Below are positions 1 through 14,931 of a DNA stretch of 64,000 bases, piece by piece (position 1 is the stretch's first letter; every line of letters starts with the position of its first letter). The DNA is taken from assembly GCA_017499595.2 (NCBI GenBank), contig CM038999.1, forward strand, positions 2,418,001 to 2,482,000, read 5' to 3'. The position numbers and the translations under genes are program-made. Source of the stretch: Psilocybe cubensis. Taxonomy: Eukaryota. The notes beneath the pieces were generated by a model. The model searched no databases. It was not told where the DNA came from and saw only the letters and a program-made list of their open reading frames with translations.

Positions 1-42
1 AAAAACCAGTACCCTACACTATCTTTAATGAGTTGGACACCA

Positions 43-700
43 TTACTTTTTCTTGACCTCATCAAGCAGTTTATCAATTGTGCTCATTCCATCCCTTAAT
101 GACTGCCACTGGAATAAGATGTTAGCCCGCCATGCACGTCAAAAGTAAAAAATAATTATTTACCTGTTCAATCGTCAGAGAAATACCCTTCTTGCCAGGT
201 TTTTCGTCTCCATCTGCTCCATAAAATTCGCGTATGTCAATCAAGGGGACTCCTTTGAATGATCTAACGGTTGCGCGCTTCTTCTTGCCCAGGTCGATGT
301 ACTTGTCTCCTTCAGAGGTGGTGTGGATCTTCACCGTTGCCAATGTACTTGATTCCGAATTCTAGATATCAAATCAGTCAACTTAGTATGGACTCGCAAT
401 AATGTTGTCACGGTCACTGAGCGCTTACTGTGGCAGAGCCCTCGGCGACCTCCTCCTTGACTTCCTCCTTAGCCCTTTTATTGGATGAACTTTTGCCTGA
501 CTGAGAAATGGTCAACATTATAATTGGTTAGAAGACAACAAATTGTATACAACTTTCTGCTTCAAGTTCTGTACCTGCTTCGTGGGCTTAGTTTTGGCAC
601 TTTTTTCGCTGTCAGACTCTTCTGCAGAAACAGAGGAGTCTGAAGCTTCGTTTTTAATAAAATCCTCGTCTCCAGATTCGGATATTTTTCTTTTCGGCAT
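43..700 (-). CDS. SUB1: Transcriptional coactivator PC4/Sub1 (ssDNA-binding), multi-exon
   Basis: PC4 domain YIDLGKKKRATVRSFKGVPLIDIREFY...KPGKKGISLTIEQ, then an intron, then WQSLRDGMSTIDKLLDEVKKK*. ATG at 700 begins a Ser/acidic/Lys-rich N-terminus. Confidence 0.9.
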
Positions 701-992
701 TGTAGAGAGGAGGATGAGGGCGGACCGAGTCAAGGCGCTTGACAAACGCGTTGAAGATGAACAGGGGCGCGTTGGTATTGTGTGACTGACGCGTTATCGA
801 CTTGTCACATCATAGTCAAATTGCGTCAGCAATCTCAGTCAGTGTGCCAAGTTTGCAATCCTTGACCGTTTCAAGCCTGCCCAAACATCATCTTTACTGC
901 TCATTCCCCATCACATTCAACCATCGCCCACGATCTTCTTCTTTTAGGTGTATACCATATACTCTCTATTTCCTCAGGCTTAGCCTAGGAAA
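701..992. promoter_or_regulatory. Divergent promoter between SUB1 and TOM1 with two ACGCGT (MCB-like) boxes
   Basis: 292 nt separate the divergent ATGs. ACGCGT occurs at 746-751 and 789-794. A pyrimidine-rich tract precedes the TOM1 ATG. Confidence 0.45.
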
Positions 993-3900
993 ATGAAGAT
1001 CCTTCCTAAATCTAAGAAGGCGATACCTCCAGTTCGTTCATCCTTTCTCTGTGAATCGCGCGTTTCTTGTGCTTACTTGAATCGATCCAGCCGCCTCAAG
1101 TGACTGAACTTATCTCCAATCTTCTTAACGCTTCCAATGAACAATTAGTACAAATTTTGAAAGATGTGGATGCCTGGAAATGGCCCCGTTCTGATCTCAA
1201 TGCCTGGGTGAAAGTACTTAACAAGTTCGACGACCTCATGGACCAAGTTATTCGCGAGTACAATGTGGACAAGCTACAGCTAGATCCATTCTCTCCGGAA
1301 AAGAGGGATCTTCTCGCTGAAATTCTTCGCTTCGAGAGACTCCTTCTGGAGAACTCCACGAATAGAAAGACGTTCAACTCCTACGACGTAAGTCTTCCTT
1401 GTCCTTTGTTAATGTTGCATGCCCTAACGCCGTCCACTTCATAATAGAGATTGAACAGTCTATTATCTACCTCGGATCTTGACATCCTCATTTTGGCGTT
1501 GAACCTTTTGCTTCGACCTTCACAACAGTATTCCGCACAGCCTGCTGTTTCGCACGCGCTTAGCATTTCCACTAATAGGCTTCAATCTTTGGCAAAGCGA
1601 TGGCCGCATCTACGCGAACACGGAATTGGACTCGTTGAATTGGCAGGAGACAAACCTGGCGAGGAATTGGAAGGTGTCCCACCGGAGGCCCGCGAAGTCA
1701 GTTTCAATTTTTACAGGACAGACTCCTCAGATGGAGCAGAAATTGAGAAGCCCGTTGAAGAAGTTTTGGAGACTCCAGCCACTCCACGTAAACCAACAGC
1801 ACCTTCAGGACCGAGCCCTCCTTCCAGTGCCATCAATATTCGCCTGGACGAGTCAACCATTGCTGCACAGCCAATTATGAACGTCCTCGCGAGTGCCATT
1901 CAAGCGCACTCAATACCAGATAGCGAAATATTCGAATTGCTTTGCAGAATCCGAACGGCTTCTTCCTTGTCCCCGGGCAGGAAAAAGGAACGTGAAAAGT
2001 TGGTCGTCATACGTTTACTAGCCATCGCCATCTTTGGCCACACCCACACTGAATCCCAAGCGACATCGGCTTTGTTTCTTTATGAACCCGATCTCATTGG
2101 GCATATTGCTGAACTTCTTCAAGTCGATCGAGGAGTTCCTACAATCGTCCAAACCGCTGCAATCGCCGCATTGGATGCTCTCGCAAGGTACAAGAACAAA
2201 GTACAAGAAGTACTCACCGCTGTTAACGCGGGCGTCAATCATGGTATATTGATGGCACTTGTCCGCAATATGGTTGCGGAAGTGTCCAACCCCGAGTCCA
2301 AACTTCCTCACGCCTTTGTGGAAGCTCTGTTGTCATTCATAACATATATTGCGTCCCACGCTTCAGGTGGCAATATGGTTGTTGGTGCTGGCCTGATTCC
2401 CCTGTTAATCCAGATAATGGAAAACAGATCCCCCTTCAGACTCCCTGTCATCTCTAAAACGATGCAACTAGTTGATAATGTGCTCTATAGTTTCACGAAC
2501 GCTTTCACCTTGTTTTGTGCAGCTCGCGGAGTTGATGTGCTTGTTGATAGGATTGAGGTTTGCTCGTTCTTGATTACTATCAGTCACTGTCTAAATCTTT
2601 TCAACAGTATGAAATCGATTTTGATATTAACGAGTACTCCAGTGAATTTCACCCCTGTGCTCTCACCGGTATAGGTATGTTTTTATCTACCATCCATAAA
2701 TAATTACTAAGTGTCTCCACAAGGTGAACTTCCGATTCAACGTATAGCCATTTTAAAGCACATTCTCCGGTCTATGCATCGAATGATGCAATCTTCGGGG
2801 ACTGCTGAAGGCTTACGTGGACTAATCGATATGTCCTTGCTCAAGTCTATCAAGAAGATCATTGAATATCGTGGGCTTTTTGGGCCCAACATTTTCCCAC
2901 TTGGTATGAGGCGCTATGAAGTCAATTATACAAATTCTTATTCACAATATGCAGCTATAAACATCATGTCAACCTTTGTTCACAACGAACCTACTTCACT
3001 AGCCATAATTCAAGAGGCCGGGCTACCTGAGACATTTTACAATGCCATTGAAATTGGAATAGAGCCGTCCATCGAAGTAAGCAATATTTCCCAACTAATG
3101 TCATCTTAAAGAAAAGTAATGACTTTCTACAAGGTCATACAAGCTATTCCCAACGCAATCGGTGCGTTATGTCTCAATGACGTAGGGCAGGCGTTGTTGT
3201 CCAAACGACCAAGCATCATTCCGGGGATTTTCTCGATTTTCACATCTGAGAAGCATCTGAAAGTCTTGATTGACAAGGAAAACGCGGTAATAATTGGGAC
3301 AGCTGTCGATGAATTGATTCGTCACCACCCTTCTCTGAAAACACCTGTTTTCGAGGCTCTGAAGTCTGTCCTGGGTCGCATTGAAGATTTCGGCATGTCT
3401 TACTCACCTACTCCCAACATTAAACAATGGTACCAATTGGTTCCAATGGCACCTACCACTTCTGTCGATGATGATGTCACAATGCAAGATGATAGCCTCC
3501 CAGAAAAGTTGTCAGGTATATCTCCCCAAAAAGCATCGGAAAAGACCACTGAGAAAGCAACTTCTCTGGTTAATGACGACGAGATAGAGGAAGATGAAAG
3601 CTTGAAGAATCATGACAACATCGTCGTATCTTACATCGATGTTGTTGGACGGGTATGTTGGAAGTAATTCGCATGGTTGACAACAAAACACTCATACCTC
3701 AATATCTAGTTTTTGGAAGGTTTCTTCCAACACCCTCCTCACTGCAAGGACTTTGTGACCACTACTGATGGGCTTGAACGCTTTGGACGTTTGACCGGAC
3801 TACCCTGCCTACCTTACGACTTTGCAAATAGTGTAGCATCAGATTCCATGGTTCAAGTATTACGGACTATGACCGAAGTGGCGACAGTCGAAACTTTAGT

Positions 3901-6900
3901 TCACTTGTCCGACATTGTGGAGGCGTCTTTAAAGGAAACCAAATTTTTCTGGGACCCAATCATGGAATCTTCGAAACTGCTTCCCTTCGTTGATCTTGCT
4001 GGTAAGTTTGTTAACATTTGTCATCTTCTTTGAGCCGTTACCGACCCTTTTTTGCAGCTGGGGACGCCTCACTCGCGAATAGTCAATTCAGAAGTTTGGT
4101 TACTCTCCACATTCGTATAACCTTGCTATCCGACGTCTTTGCCACCGCTGGTCAAGCCCAAGGCAGGGCAGCCATAGGACTACTCCAGACACTGATGGAG
4201 CACACTCCGTTGCAAGTGCTGACTGACCTTGGATGCCTCCACCGTGCTAGCATCTGGGAGAACATTACTCTCAACTTAGGGTTAAATTCGAAGGGAATCG
4301 ATCTTCAACTTAGTGCTGCATCATCGCCCCTGGAAGGGTCACCCAATCAAACTAATATAGAGTTACCCCCTGTCCCACCTCTTCCTGGTCTACTTCCTCT
4401 TTCCCATCCTTCTGGTGCCAGAAATGGTGCAACGGCTTCAAATGGTACCCACCTGGGGACAGACCTTACCTTGGGATCGGGTGGCAAAGATAACACTAAT
4501 AAGCAAGATGGCCCTAGAGACTGGAACGCATCTTCTCTGAAACATATCACTCAAGGCCTGCCGAATGCGCTGGCTCCGTTTTTCCAAGGCAAGTTGGAAA
4601 TATCATATTTGTTAAATAATTATTAAATTTGCATTTAGCTATGGTCAAGATGTTCCATGCTCGTAGGAATCCAGATCCTTTGCAAAAGAAGCAAATCAAA
4701 GAATCATCAAAGATCGTTGCTGATATCATGTTGAAACACTTGAATATCAATGACTTTGGTATGTTCTTTTCACTCAAATGTGGACGTGGACTGAGGATAT
4801 CGTCTTGGATAGACAACAAGGCTGCTCAGTACAATTATTATAGTGTTATATTTGCACTGTTTGCTCTTCTACTCATTGATGGTACGTTTTGTCTTTAGTA
4901 TCAACGTGTCCATTTTACGTATTTGAAATATCCTAGAGCGCACAGTTACAAATACTCTTCATACAGTGGAGCTCTTTGCTTTCTATCAGTCTCGTGGATT
5001 TGATGCTATCTTTACTATCTGCTCGTCACTGGCTGATAGAATCGAGGTCATCACTGCAATCAAAGAGGATTCACGTTCAGAAACAGAGAAAAAAGAGTTG
5101 TTGCATGCTTATAGTGCTATGAAGGTAGCCTTGCACCTCATATACCCTGTCGTTTCTTCGAAACCGCTCTTCGAGTCGGGACAGACCTTGCTCATAGTCA
5201 CTCGTGACAAACCAGAGACTGACCCGAGCTATTTTGAACCTCACAATTTCCTTGTCAAATTACGATCCGCTGCTTTGCCGCTCATCCGCAAACTCTGGGA
5301 AGCCTCTTGGCTTATTCAGGCACCTCTTAGTGTAAGCAGGTTTGTAGTCCGGACAGTTCTTGAGTTGGTGAACGGTGAAGGCGAAGAAATTAAATCTGAC
5401 TCGAGCATGCCTGACATTGGGCCTACTCCTGTGACTATCACTAGGCCAACAGGTCCAGATGAAAGTCGGATTCAAATATTAACTGACATGGGTTTCCCCC
5501 GCTCTGCTGCAGAGCGTGCTTTGGCAAGGACCCACAATAATGTCAATAGCGCGACCGAGCTACTCTTATCAAACCCCTTCCCTTTACCGCCTGATCCTGT
5601 TCAAGAAACTCCAGCCCCAGCCCCAGCCCCAGCCCCCGCTCCCGTTGCTACAGAAAATCAAGACCATTCTGAAATTGACAATGATGCCCAATCTGTTGAG
5701 ACCCCCACGGAAGAAAACACCCCATCACCACCCCCCATTCCTGAAATCGACGAAGCTAGCTTGAGCACGCCCGGTAAATCTTCGGAGGAGTGGTACAAAT
5801 TATTAGAGGAGGCTCGTGAACCTTTACGGGCGAGTATCAGCAGACAATCATTGTTGCTCATCGATGAACACCTTTCTCTTCTGTTCGATCTTCACATTAC
5901 ATTCACAAAATCGAGCAAGCATCAAGAGCAGGCAGTTCGCGATCTTGTTGACGATGTTAAAGCCTTTTCAGCATTTGCTCTGGATGTTCAGGAACAACCC
6001 CTTGCTAATAGGTGTCGCCTTTTGGCTTTGGTTCTGTGCGAAAAACCTTCTTCATTAGACCAAGATCTGCGAAACGTCTTGATGGACCACCTTTTGGCGT
6101 TATTACTTTCAAGTGTCGATCCCGAACATCCTCCCCGATGGCTTGCTGCCCATTTACTGGTTACTGAGGCCCTTTTCACGCTCTCTGATGAACCTCGCTC
6201 AATCAATCTGCCAAAAGAAGGTGAACCCATCTTGCCAGAGAATAGATCTGTTGGCCCTCCACGAACGGATGCTCGGACAATTGTTTTCGACTTCTGTCTG
6301 CGTCTACTCGCTGTCGACGATTTACCAGCTGATGAATTATTATCTGTCTTACGATTATTCGTTCTATTGACTCGGGACAGAGACATGGCAGGTCAATTTG
6401 TGAAACGCGATGGGCTTATCCACCTATTCAAACGCCTCAGGGTGTCGCCTGTGAGTGGTGGCTCATCTTATGTTGCCACTATTTTGCGCCATGTTGTGGA
6501 AGATGCTTCCATTATCCAAAACGTTATGCAGCAGTCCATTAAGCGATATCTAACGCAACCCAGAGTTAGAATAGTCGATGTCACCAGTTTTGTAAGAAGT
6601 TGCAGCGCTATTGCACTCCGAGATGTTGATATCTTCATCGATACGACAAAGTCTCTCTGTCAACTTGAACAGCCATATTCGTCTTCGCCACACATAAAAT
6701 TGCAGAACGACTCCGCATCTATTCAAAAGTTGCCATCAACGGGACAGGAACAGTCTTCAGAAATGCAAGTTGACGCCCCATCTAGTTTGCCATCTAATAT
6801 TCCTCAAAAATCTGTGGAGAGTGTGGTTTCTTTATTAGTTAGCGAACTTATGACTACTGTCAAAGTCATCCAAGATGCGCCCATCCCAGCGTCAACGACA

Positions 6901-9900
6901 CCCGTTGTTGCCGCTAAATTGGACTCAACAGTTGCACAGCAATCACAACAAATCCCAGATCCCCAAACCTCTCAGACATTAGTTGCCCCTGCAACGTCAA
7001 CTACCTCTGGTCTATCGGAGGGTGGCACGGTGGCCGCATCTCCTCAAATTGATATCCAGGACAAACATCAATATGCATCGTTTTTGATGCAATGTTTGAC
7101 TGAACTACTTTTCTCATACGATTCCTGCAAGATCGCATTCCTGTCATATTCCACCAAAAGGCGGTCACCCCAAACTGTCAAGGAACCCACCAATAAGTTT
7201 AGAAACGCAACCTTACATTTCCTTCTTTCTGATTTAGTGACGTATGGAACTATCAATTCTTCCTCTGACTCAAAGCAACAGCGCAATAGGGGCATGCTCT
7301 GCAGCTGGGCCATGAATGTCATCGGCGCATTATGCATGGATACCTCGTCGGCACCGGACATAAAAGATGTGTCAACAGATTTGGTTTATGTTCGGAAATT
7401 TGTATTGGAGACTATCAGTCGTGCCATCAAGGATGTTTCATCGACATCGGACAACACTGAATCTCGATATGGAAGATTGCTCGCACTGGCTGATCTATGC
7501 CATCGATTGCTAACTGCCCGTGTCAATTCCAATTCGCGGAAGCATCAAGAAGATATCCCGACACATTTGGCCAAAATAATGTTGGAGAAGAACTTCGTAG
7601 CTATTCTTACAACGGCCCTCTCGGAAGTCGACCTCAACTACCCTAACGTTCGCAATCTTGTTGCTGCCATTCTTCGTCCTCTTGAATATCTGTGAGTATT
7701 GTTATGTCCATGAAAGGTAAATTTACTAAATTTTGTGCATCTTAAGAACAAAAATTGCCATAAAAATGAGCAGGAGCTCTACCAAAACCAAAGAAGATAT
7801 TGTGAAAGAAGACAGCGTCTCGGCGGACTCTGAATCAGAGGATGAAGATATGGAGGATGACAACCGGGAGGAAACTCCCGATTTGTACAGAAATTCAGCT
7901 CTCGGAATGTATGCTGGGGTACGTTAACGCCAAGATTGTCCTTTCATATATTGACATAAAAATGCTGCTAGGAAATGGATGATGGTCAATACGACGAAGA
8001 TGAGGATATGGATGAAGATGAAGATGATCAGGACGTTGAAATGGACTATGGTGAAGAAACTGGCAGCGAGGACACATCAGCATCTGAATCGGAGGGTGAA
8101 GAGGATGATCTTGGACATGGGGAAGATGGAGAGGTCTGGACTGAAGGGGAAGATGAAGATGAAGAGGGCCTCGTTGAGAATCATGATGTTGATGAAGAGG
8201 ACGAAGAACACGACGGTGAAGAAGACGATAACGACGAAGAAGATGCTGAAGATGAGGACGAAGAAGGAATGATGTGGGAGGTAATTTTCAACAACCTTAT
8301 TCGTTTTCACGAACAACAAAATAATCATCTTCTCATTTTAGGACATGGAAGATGATGGTGACGGATTGGGTTTGGCATTAGATAATGCCGATGAAGCGGG
8401 ACATGGAGGTAAGGGAGTCTTTCAAGTCTATCACCGAAAGTGATTGACCAATGTGTAGTTCCTATCCAAGTTAATCATGAAGAGGATGAGCCTGAAATGG
8501 CCTCCGATGAAGATGAATTTGCACTTGATCATCATCATTTCCACAATGACGGGATATTCAGCTTTGGAGAGGCCTTCGTCAATTCGGCTGCCAGAGATCT
8601 TGGAGGTTTATTTGTTCACCGCCGACATCGCAGTGCAGGTTGGTCATTCATATTCACTTTGTAACGATCTTACGAAACATAACATATAGAATCGCAAGCT
8701 TTTGGCCGTTCTAGAACTGCTCCTGCGCCAGAGACGACTACGCATCCTCTCTTACTTGACATGTCAACGGCCAGTCGCTCAAATAACCACCAACTCAGAG
8801 GATTCAGGCATGCGCAAAGAATCATTAGCAACGGCCCGCCAAATTTCCTTCAGACAATTGACGAAATGCTTGGAGAAGGATCAATTCAAGTATTGCAGCA
8901 AATCATATCTCGTGAAGCAGGAGGCGGTGAAACATTCCGAATCGAGGTCCCTGCTGGGACAATCCTGCATCATAGTAGGCGCTTCCTAGGCTCGAGTCGT
9001 AGTGAAAGGGTGCCTCGTCCCCAAGGAGGTCGGCACGGCCGTGAGTTTGACCCCCTCGGTACATTGCAGCGATGGGCGGAGGAGATGAAAATTCTTCATG
9101 GTGACTTTGTCGGAGAACGCGTGGTGAAATTAGCCAATCACGTTACGTTGGCATTGCTTCCCGCCGCAGTTGAGGCTATCAAGGCAGCTAAGGTGCGGGA
9201 GGAAGAAGAGAGTAAAAAGAAGTCTGAAGAAGCGGCCAAGGCTGAGGCAGAGAAAGTCGCAAACAGTCAGCAGCCGAGTGAACAAGCTCCAGAAAAGGTC
9301 TTGACGCCCGAGCAAACTCCAACAGATGAGGCTGCTAATAGAGATGCAAATGTAACACCTGCCATCTTACATATACCTTCCCAAGACGAATCAGAAACAC
9401 AACAACCCACGACGGATTTGGCGATGTCAGATGCCAACCCAACAGATGCAGACACTGTTATGATTGACGCTCATGATTTGGCAAGGCCCGTCTCTCCTGC
9501 CGCACCAGAAATAGCCGCAGCCATAGCTGTTCCTCCGCAAGAAGTCGTTGCTGGATCATCGTCTGAGGCGACCAATAATCCACCAGAACGCGTAACTGTC
9601 ATGATTCATGGAAGTGCAGTCGACATCACAGATACAGGAATCGATCCCACTTTCCTCGAGGCTCTTCCAGATGATATGCGAGAAGAGGTATTAAACCAAC
9701 ACGTTAGGGACCAACAGGCTTCACGAGTGGAGCGTCCCCCTGATTCCCAAATTAGTTCTGAATTTCTTGATGCTCTTCCTCCTGAAATACGTGCAGAGAT
9801 TATCCAGCAGGAAGCCATGGAAAGAGCTAGACGTCGGACGGTTGAAGAGAGTGCTAGGGCTCCTGTCAGAGAAGCCGCCGAAATTGATCCTGCCAGTTTC

Positions 9901-12900
9901 ATTGCCAGCCTGGATCCTACCCTTCGTCAAGCTGTTCTCTTAGACCAAGATGATGGTTTTATTCAATCGCTCCCATCTCATATGATCGCAGAAGCAGGAG
10001 CGTATCGAGACGAATTACACGGGGGCCGTTCCTTGGCTTCTCGTATACCTGCCCGCAACGTACCAGGTACAACTCCTATTCGTAAATATACACCCCAGCA
10101 TGATGCCATCTTGCTCTTGGATCGTCCCAGTGTTGCAGTTTTGGTTCGCTTGTTGTTCTTCCCTCAGGTTCTGAAAAAAACCTTGCTCTTCAAAGTCCTT
10201 GTTAACATTTGCGAAAATGCCAAAACCAGGATAGATCTTTTCAATATATTGCTCGGAATCCTGCAAGACGGTACTGCAGATCTCGCCGCAGTCGACAAAA
10301 GTTTTGCCCAGATGTCGGTTCGCAATCGTGATACAAAACCTCAGACGCCTAAGGCTGCAGGAAAACAAAAGGCAACTGCTGATCATGTTGCTGCTCTGGC
10401 ATTACCACCTTCGCAAATGGAAACAGTTCCGGATTTAATTGCGCAAAGATGTCTGGAGGCATTGACTTACATCGTCACAACCAATGAACTCTCTTCGTTA
10501 TTTTTCCTCACCGAACATGACATCCCTGCAGGCCTTAGAAGAACGAACCTGAAGAAGGGTAAAGGGAAAGAGAAACAAAACCCACAAACTCATTATCCGC
10601 TTGTTTTACTCTTGAATCTTCTCGATCGTCAAAATCTTCTACGAACACCAGCTATTCTTGAATCGGTAGTTGGCTTACTCGCCACAGTCACCCGCCCGTT
10701 GACCAGCTTGAAGGACCAGACAAAATCGCAGGAATCAAGCTTACCTTCATCCTCCTTACAATCAATATCAACAGCTCCCGCCCCTGAATCCTCAACTGGA
10801 ACCAACACATCTGCTCCGGCACCCTCCAATCAAGCTGCAGATGCTCCCGTGGTGTCAACAGGTAAACTTGTATTATCTTTGTTTTATTTTCAATCCTAAT
10901 TCTGATGCTTTCTGGAATAGACTCTGCACCTTCTGCTCCCGACGCTTCTGGATCTACCAAACCTTCTGATTCTGTCGACGACAAGGCGTTATTGCCTCAT
11001 CCTCCTCAGATTCCCAATAGCACACTGCGACTCATCGTTAACATCTTGACAATCGGTGAATGTTCAGGTAGAACATTCCAGCAAAGTTTGGCCTTGATTC
11101 AACATCTGTCCTACATTCCTGACTCACGGGATGTCATTGCAAACGAGCTGAAGGCTAAAGCCCAAGAGTTTGGTCAAACATTATATGCTGATTTGGACGA
11201 ATTAGCTGTTGCCCTGCAAGAATCTCAAAGCAATGTCATGGTGAGCTCGGTCGCCACCAAGTTCTCTCCGGCGTCTTCCACCCAGGCAAAACTTCTTCGT
11301 GTCTTGAAGACGATCGATTATATGTATACTCCAAAGCCACCATCTAGCGGAAGTCAATCAACAACATCTGTTGATGACGTTGAAAAAGTTCAGGCTATAT
11401 ACGAATCCTTCAGGTTTACTCCACTATGGCGCAGGCTAGGGGATTGTTTATCTCTCATAAGCGAGAATGCAGAAACCGCACAGGTTGCTACTGTTCTGCT
11501 TCCTCTCATCGAGGCCTTGATGGTGGTTTGCAAGTTCGTGGCCTCGAAAGGCTCAGGAAATGTTTTGCGGGCCATACGGGCGTCAACTTCTCCGAGATCC
11601 CCTGCTACTCCGAAAGAATCCATGGAAGACCTGTTTATCAGCTTCACGGATGCTCACCGCAAGATTCTGAACCTTATGGTCCGAAACAACCCATCTTTAA
11701 TGAGTGGGTCTTTTTCACTTCTAGTGAACAATTCTCGTGTTTTGGACTTCGACAACAAGCGTAACTACTTTAATCAGCAACTACACAGGAAGCCTCATAT
11801 TCGAGAACATTATGGTACTCTGCAATTGAACGTGCGTCGTGCTCGTGTTTTCGAAGATAGTTTCCTGTATCTTCAGCGCAAAACCGGCGAGCAAATCAAG
11901 CACGGGAAACTTAGTGTTCGATTTTATGATGAAGAGGGCGTCGACGCGGGTGGTCTGACCCGGGAGTGGTTCCAGATCTTGGCTCGTCAAATGTTTAATC
12001 CGAACAACGCTCTCTTCCAACCATGTGCAGCCGATAAATTGACTTACCAGCCTAATAAAAATTCATGGGTAAACCCTGAGCACCTGTCATTCTTCAAGTT
12101 CGTTGGTCGTGTCATTGGGAAAGCCATTTACGATGGGCGTTTGTTGGATGCATACTTTGCGCGAAGCTTGTATCGACAACTCCTCGGGAAGCCTGTCGAC
12201 TACAAAGATGTCGAATGGGTGGATCCTGAATACTACAACTCGTTATGCTGGATCCTCGAGAACGATCCAACTGCTCTCGATCTCACTTTTAGCGTTGAAG
12301 CTGATGAGGTACCTTTTCATTTTTGCATGTATAATCCTTTACTAACGCTTTTCACACAGTTCGGTGTCAATCGCATCGTGCCTTTGAAAGATGGAGGAGA
12401 GGGAATTCCGGTCACGCAAGAAAACAAACGAGAATTTGTGCAGTTATCTGCTCAGTATCGCTTGTACTCATCTATCAAAGACCAGATTGAAAGCCTCTCG
12501 AGCGGGTTCTACGAGATTATCCCAAAAGATTTGATAACTATCGTAAGTGTTGACTCATACGAAGAATACAACCTACTCACATGGACCATTTTAAGTTTAA
12601 TGAGCAAGAACTTGAACTTTTAATTTCTGGCACACCTGATATCGATGTCGATGAATGGCGTGCCGCTACCGAATATAATGGATACACAAGCTCAGATCCT
12701 AACATCGTCTGGTGGTGGAGAGCTCTCAAATCTTTCAACCGAGAAGAACGTGCCAAGGTCCTTAGCTTCGCTACGGGCACTTCGAGAGTCCCACTTAGTG
12801 GCTTCCTGGATCTTCAAGGGGTACAAGGAGTCCAAAAATTCTCTATTCATCGTGCCTATGGCGAACCTGATCGACTTCCTCAAGCTCACACATGTACGTC

Positions 12901-13048
12901 GAGGCACTTCGTTTTTTTTTCATCGCTAACTTTATTGATTGTAGGCTTCAATCAAATCGACCTTCCCCAATACACATCTTACGAAATGTTGCGGCAACAA
13001 TTATTGATGGCTATTCATGAGGGTGGTGAAGGATTTGCCTTCAGCTAA
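993..13048 (+). CDS. TOM1: HECT E3 ubiquitin ligase Tom1/HUWE1, many introns
   Basis: N-terminal WKWPRSDLNAWVKVLNKFD region. UBA domain (LTDMGFPRSAAERAL). Long acidic tract. UBM-like repeats (IDPTFLEALPDDMREEV). C-terminal HECT domain (EEGVDAGGLTREWF...LPQAHTCFNQIDLP...EGFAFS*). Confidence 0.95.
5611..5643 (+). repeat. (CCAGCC)n hexamer tandem encoding a Pro-Ala linker in TOM1
   Basis: ccagccccagccccagccccagcccccgctccc translates as PAPAPAPAPAP. Confidence 0.7.
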
Positions 13049-13367
13049 ACACTGTAACAAGATTGCGGGTTGAAGTGGACTGGCGACTAGTCGAACAACT
13101 TTCAATGTACAATTATCATACACATACACACAACGACTGAATCATATTAGACCTGTAATACTACTAACCTGTTTTAACCTCCTAAAAGCTCGAGTGATAG
13201 CGTAAGCAGATATTGCTCATCGGACCGGGAACAAGCATAACCGGTCAGAGCTTACTTCAACGCCTGCAATTGTCCACCGACATGTTTACTTCAAATAGCA
13301 GCCTTACCCGAATGGAGTTCGCCTCATACATACCCCAGTTTCTTCGAAACAACTCCCATCCCTCATT

Positions 13368-14862
13368 ATGCGTGCTTTCGTTGTAAAGGAACTCACTCAC
13401 CCTTCCAACATCTCTGTTACTGACAATGTAACGGAGCCTACGGCGGGTCCAGAGCATGTTCTCGTTGATGTGTACAGTGCCGGCCTCAACTTCTTTGATG
13501 TCTGTTCCACCTTTGAATCATCCATTTTGTATAATCTACGGTGCTGAATCATTTCTCACATCTAGATATTGCAATCACAAGGCAAATATCAGAATAAACC
13601 GCCACTGCCATTCATTCTAGGGGCAGAGTTTGCCGGAAAGATTTCCCAGGATTCACCCATACCAAAAGGCTGCAACCTGAAGCGAGGTCAGCGAGTTTTT
13701 GGCTCAGCACAGGGATGCTACGCCGACAAGGTTGCTGTTCCCCACTGGAATGTCATCCCTTTGCCCGACAATATTTCATTTGATCAAGGTGCAGGTAAAT
13801 CAACATACATGTCTTTCAGCGGATCAATTGCTTATTCAGATTCACAAGGTTTGTTCATTACATGGCCCACCAGTTACGAAGCCCTTGTTGGAAGGGCTGA
13901 ACTCAAGAAAGGTGCGTTGTCCAGCGACGAGCTCGTATATAACGACTTGACACTCAAATGTCGGTATATACACATAGGTGAATGGGTTCTGGTGACCGCT
14001 GCCGCAGGGGGTGTTGGTATTGCTGCTGTTCAGATTGCGAAAGGTGTGTGAAGGATGCTCCAGACCGTGTTGGACTCTAACATCGTATCTTTGCCTTGAT
14101 GTCAGCTCTCGGCGCCAATGTCATTGCTGCTGCGGGCTCACAAGCAAAGATCGACATCGCAAAACGCGTTGGCGGCGCAGACCACGGCGTAAACTACTCT
14201 GTCCCTGGCTGGCAAAAAGAGGTTTTGGCTCTGACCAGCGGAAAAGGAGTGAACGTCATTTACGACCCAGTAGGCTTGATCAATGGTTTGAATGCATCAC
14301 TTGCCTCGAAATTACGATTGCTCATTGCATATCCAGATTCTTTGAAATGTATTGCATGGAAAGGAAGAGCTTTGGTAATTGGATTCGCTGCTGGAACTAT
14401 CGAGAAGGTGAGTATCCCAGTTAGTGCATGAATAAAATATGAATATGAACTTAAAAGCACACTCTTACTCCAACTTTTTTTAGATTCCCATGAACCTTGT
14501 TCTCTTGAAAAACGTGGCCATTCTCGGTCTCCACTGGGGCGCTTATACTCGTTAGCTCGCGTTCTTTTTTGTCCTGAACTAGGCGCTGATTTGCTCTCCC
14601 TCATTCAGAAAAAGAACCTGAACGCGTACCAACTGTGTGGAAAGACATTCTGGAGTAAGTCTTACGAACCGTCGTTAGTGCTATCTCGAACTCAAATATC
14701 CTTTGTAGTTTGTTTGCTTCGGGTAGAGTAAAGCCCGTTATTTATGACACCGTGTACAAGCTCGAGAATCTTGTTGACGGACTAACCGCTTTGGAAAGAA
14801 GAGAAACCTGGGGCAAAACCATCATTAGAGTAAAGGATGAACAAGAGAAAGCCAGGCTATGA
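13368..14862 (+). CDS. NADPH:quinone oxidoreductase (zeta-crystallin-like MDR) with PTS1
   Basis: Starts MRAFVVKEL. Contains AGLNFFD, GKYQNKPPLPFILGAEFAG, the nucleotide-binding AAAGGVG and YDPVG. Ends EKARL*. Confidence 0.9.
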
Positions 14863-14931
14863 AATTTATCTGAAAACTAGTGTATATGTACTTTGATACA
14901 TGTATAAAAAATTAGTAAATACTTGAGTACC

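Noticed and set aside
7975..8280. GAA/GAT-rich low-complexity tract
   Set aside because: It encodes the known acidic region of Tom1/HUWE1 and is not an independent repeat.
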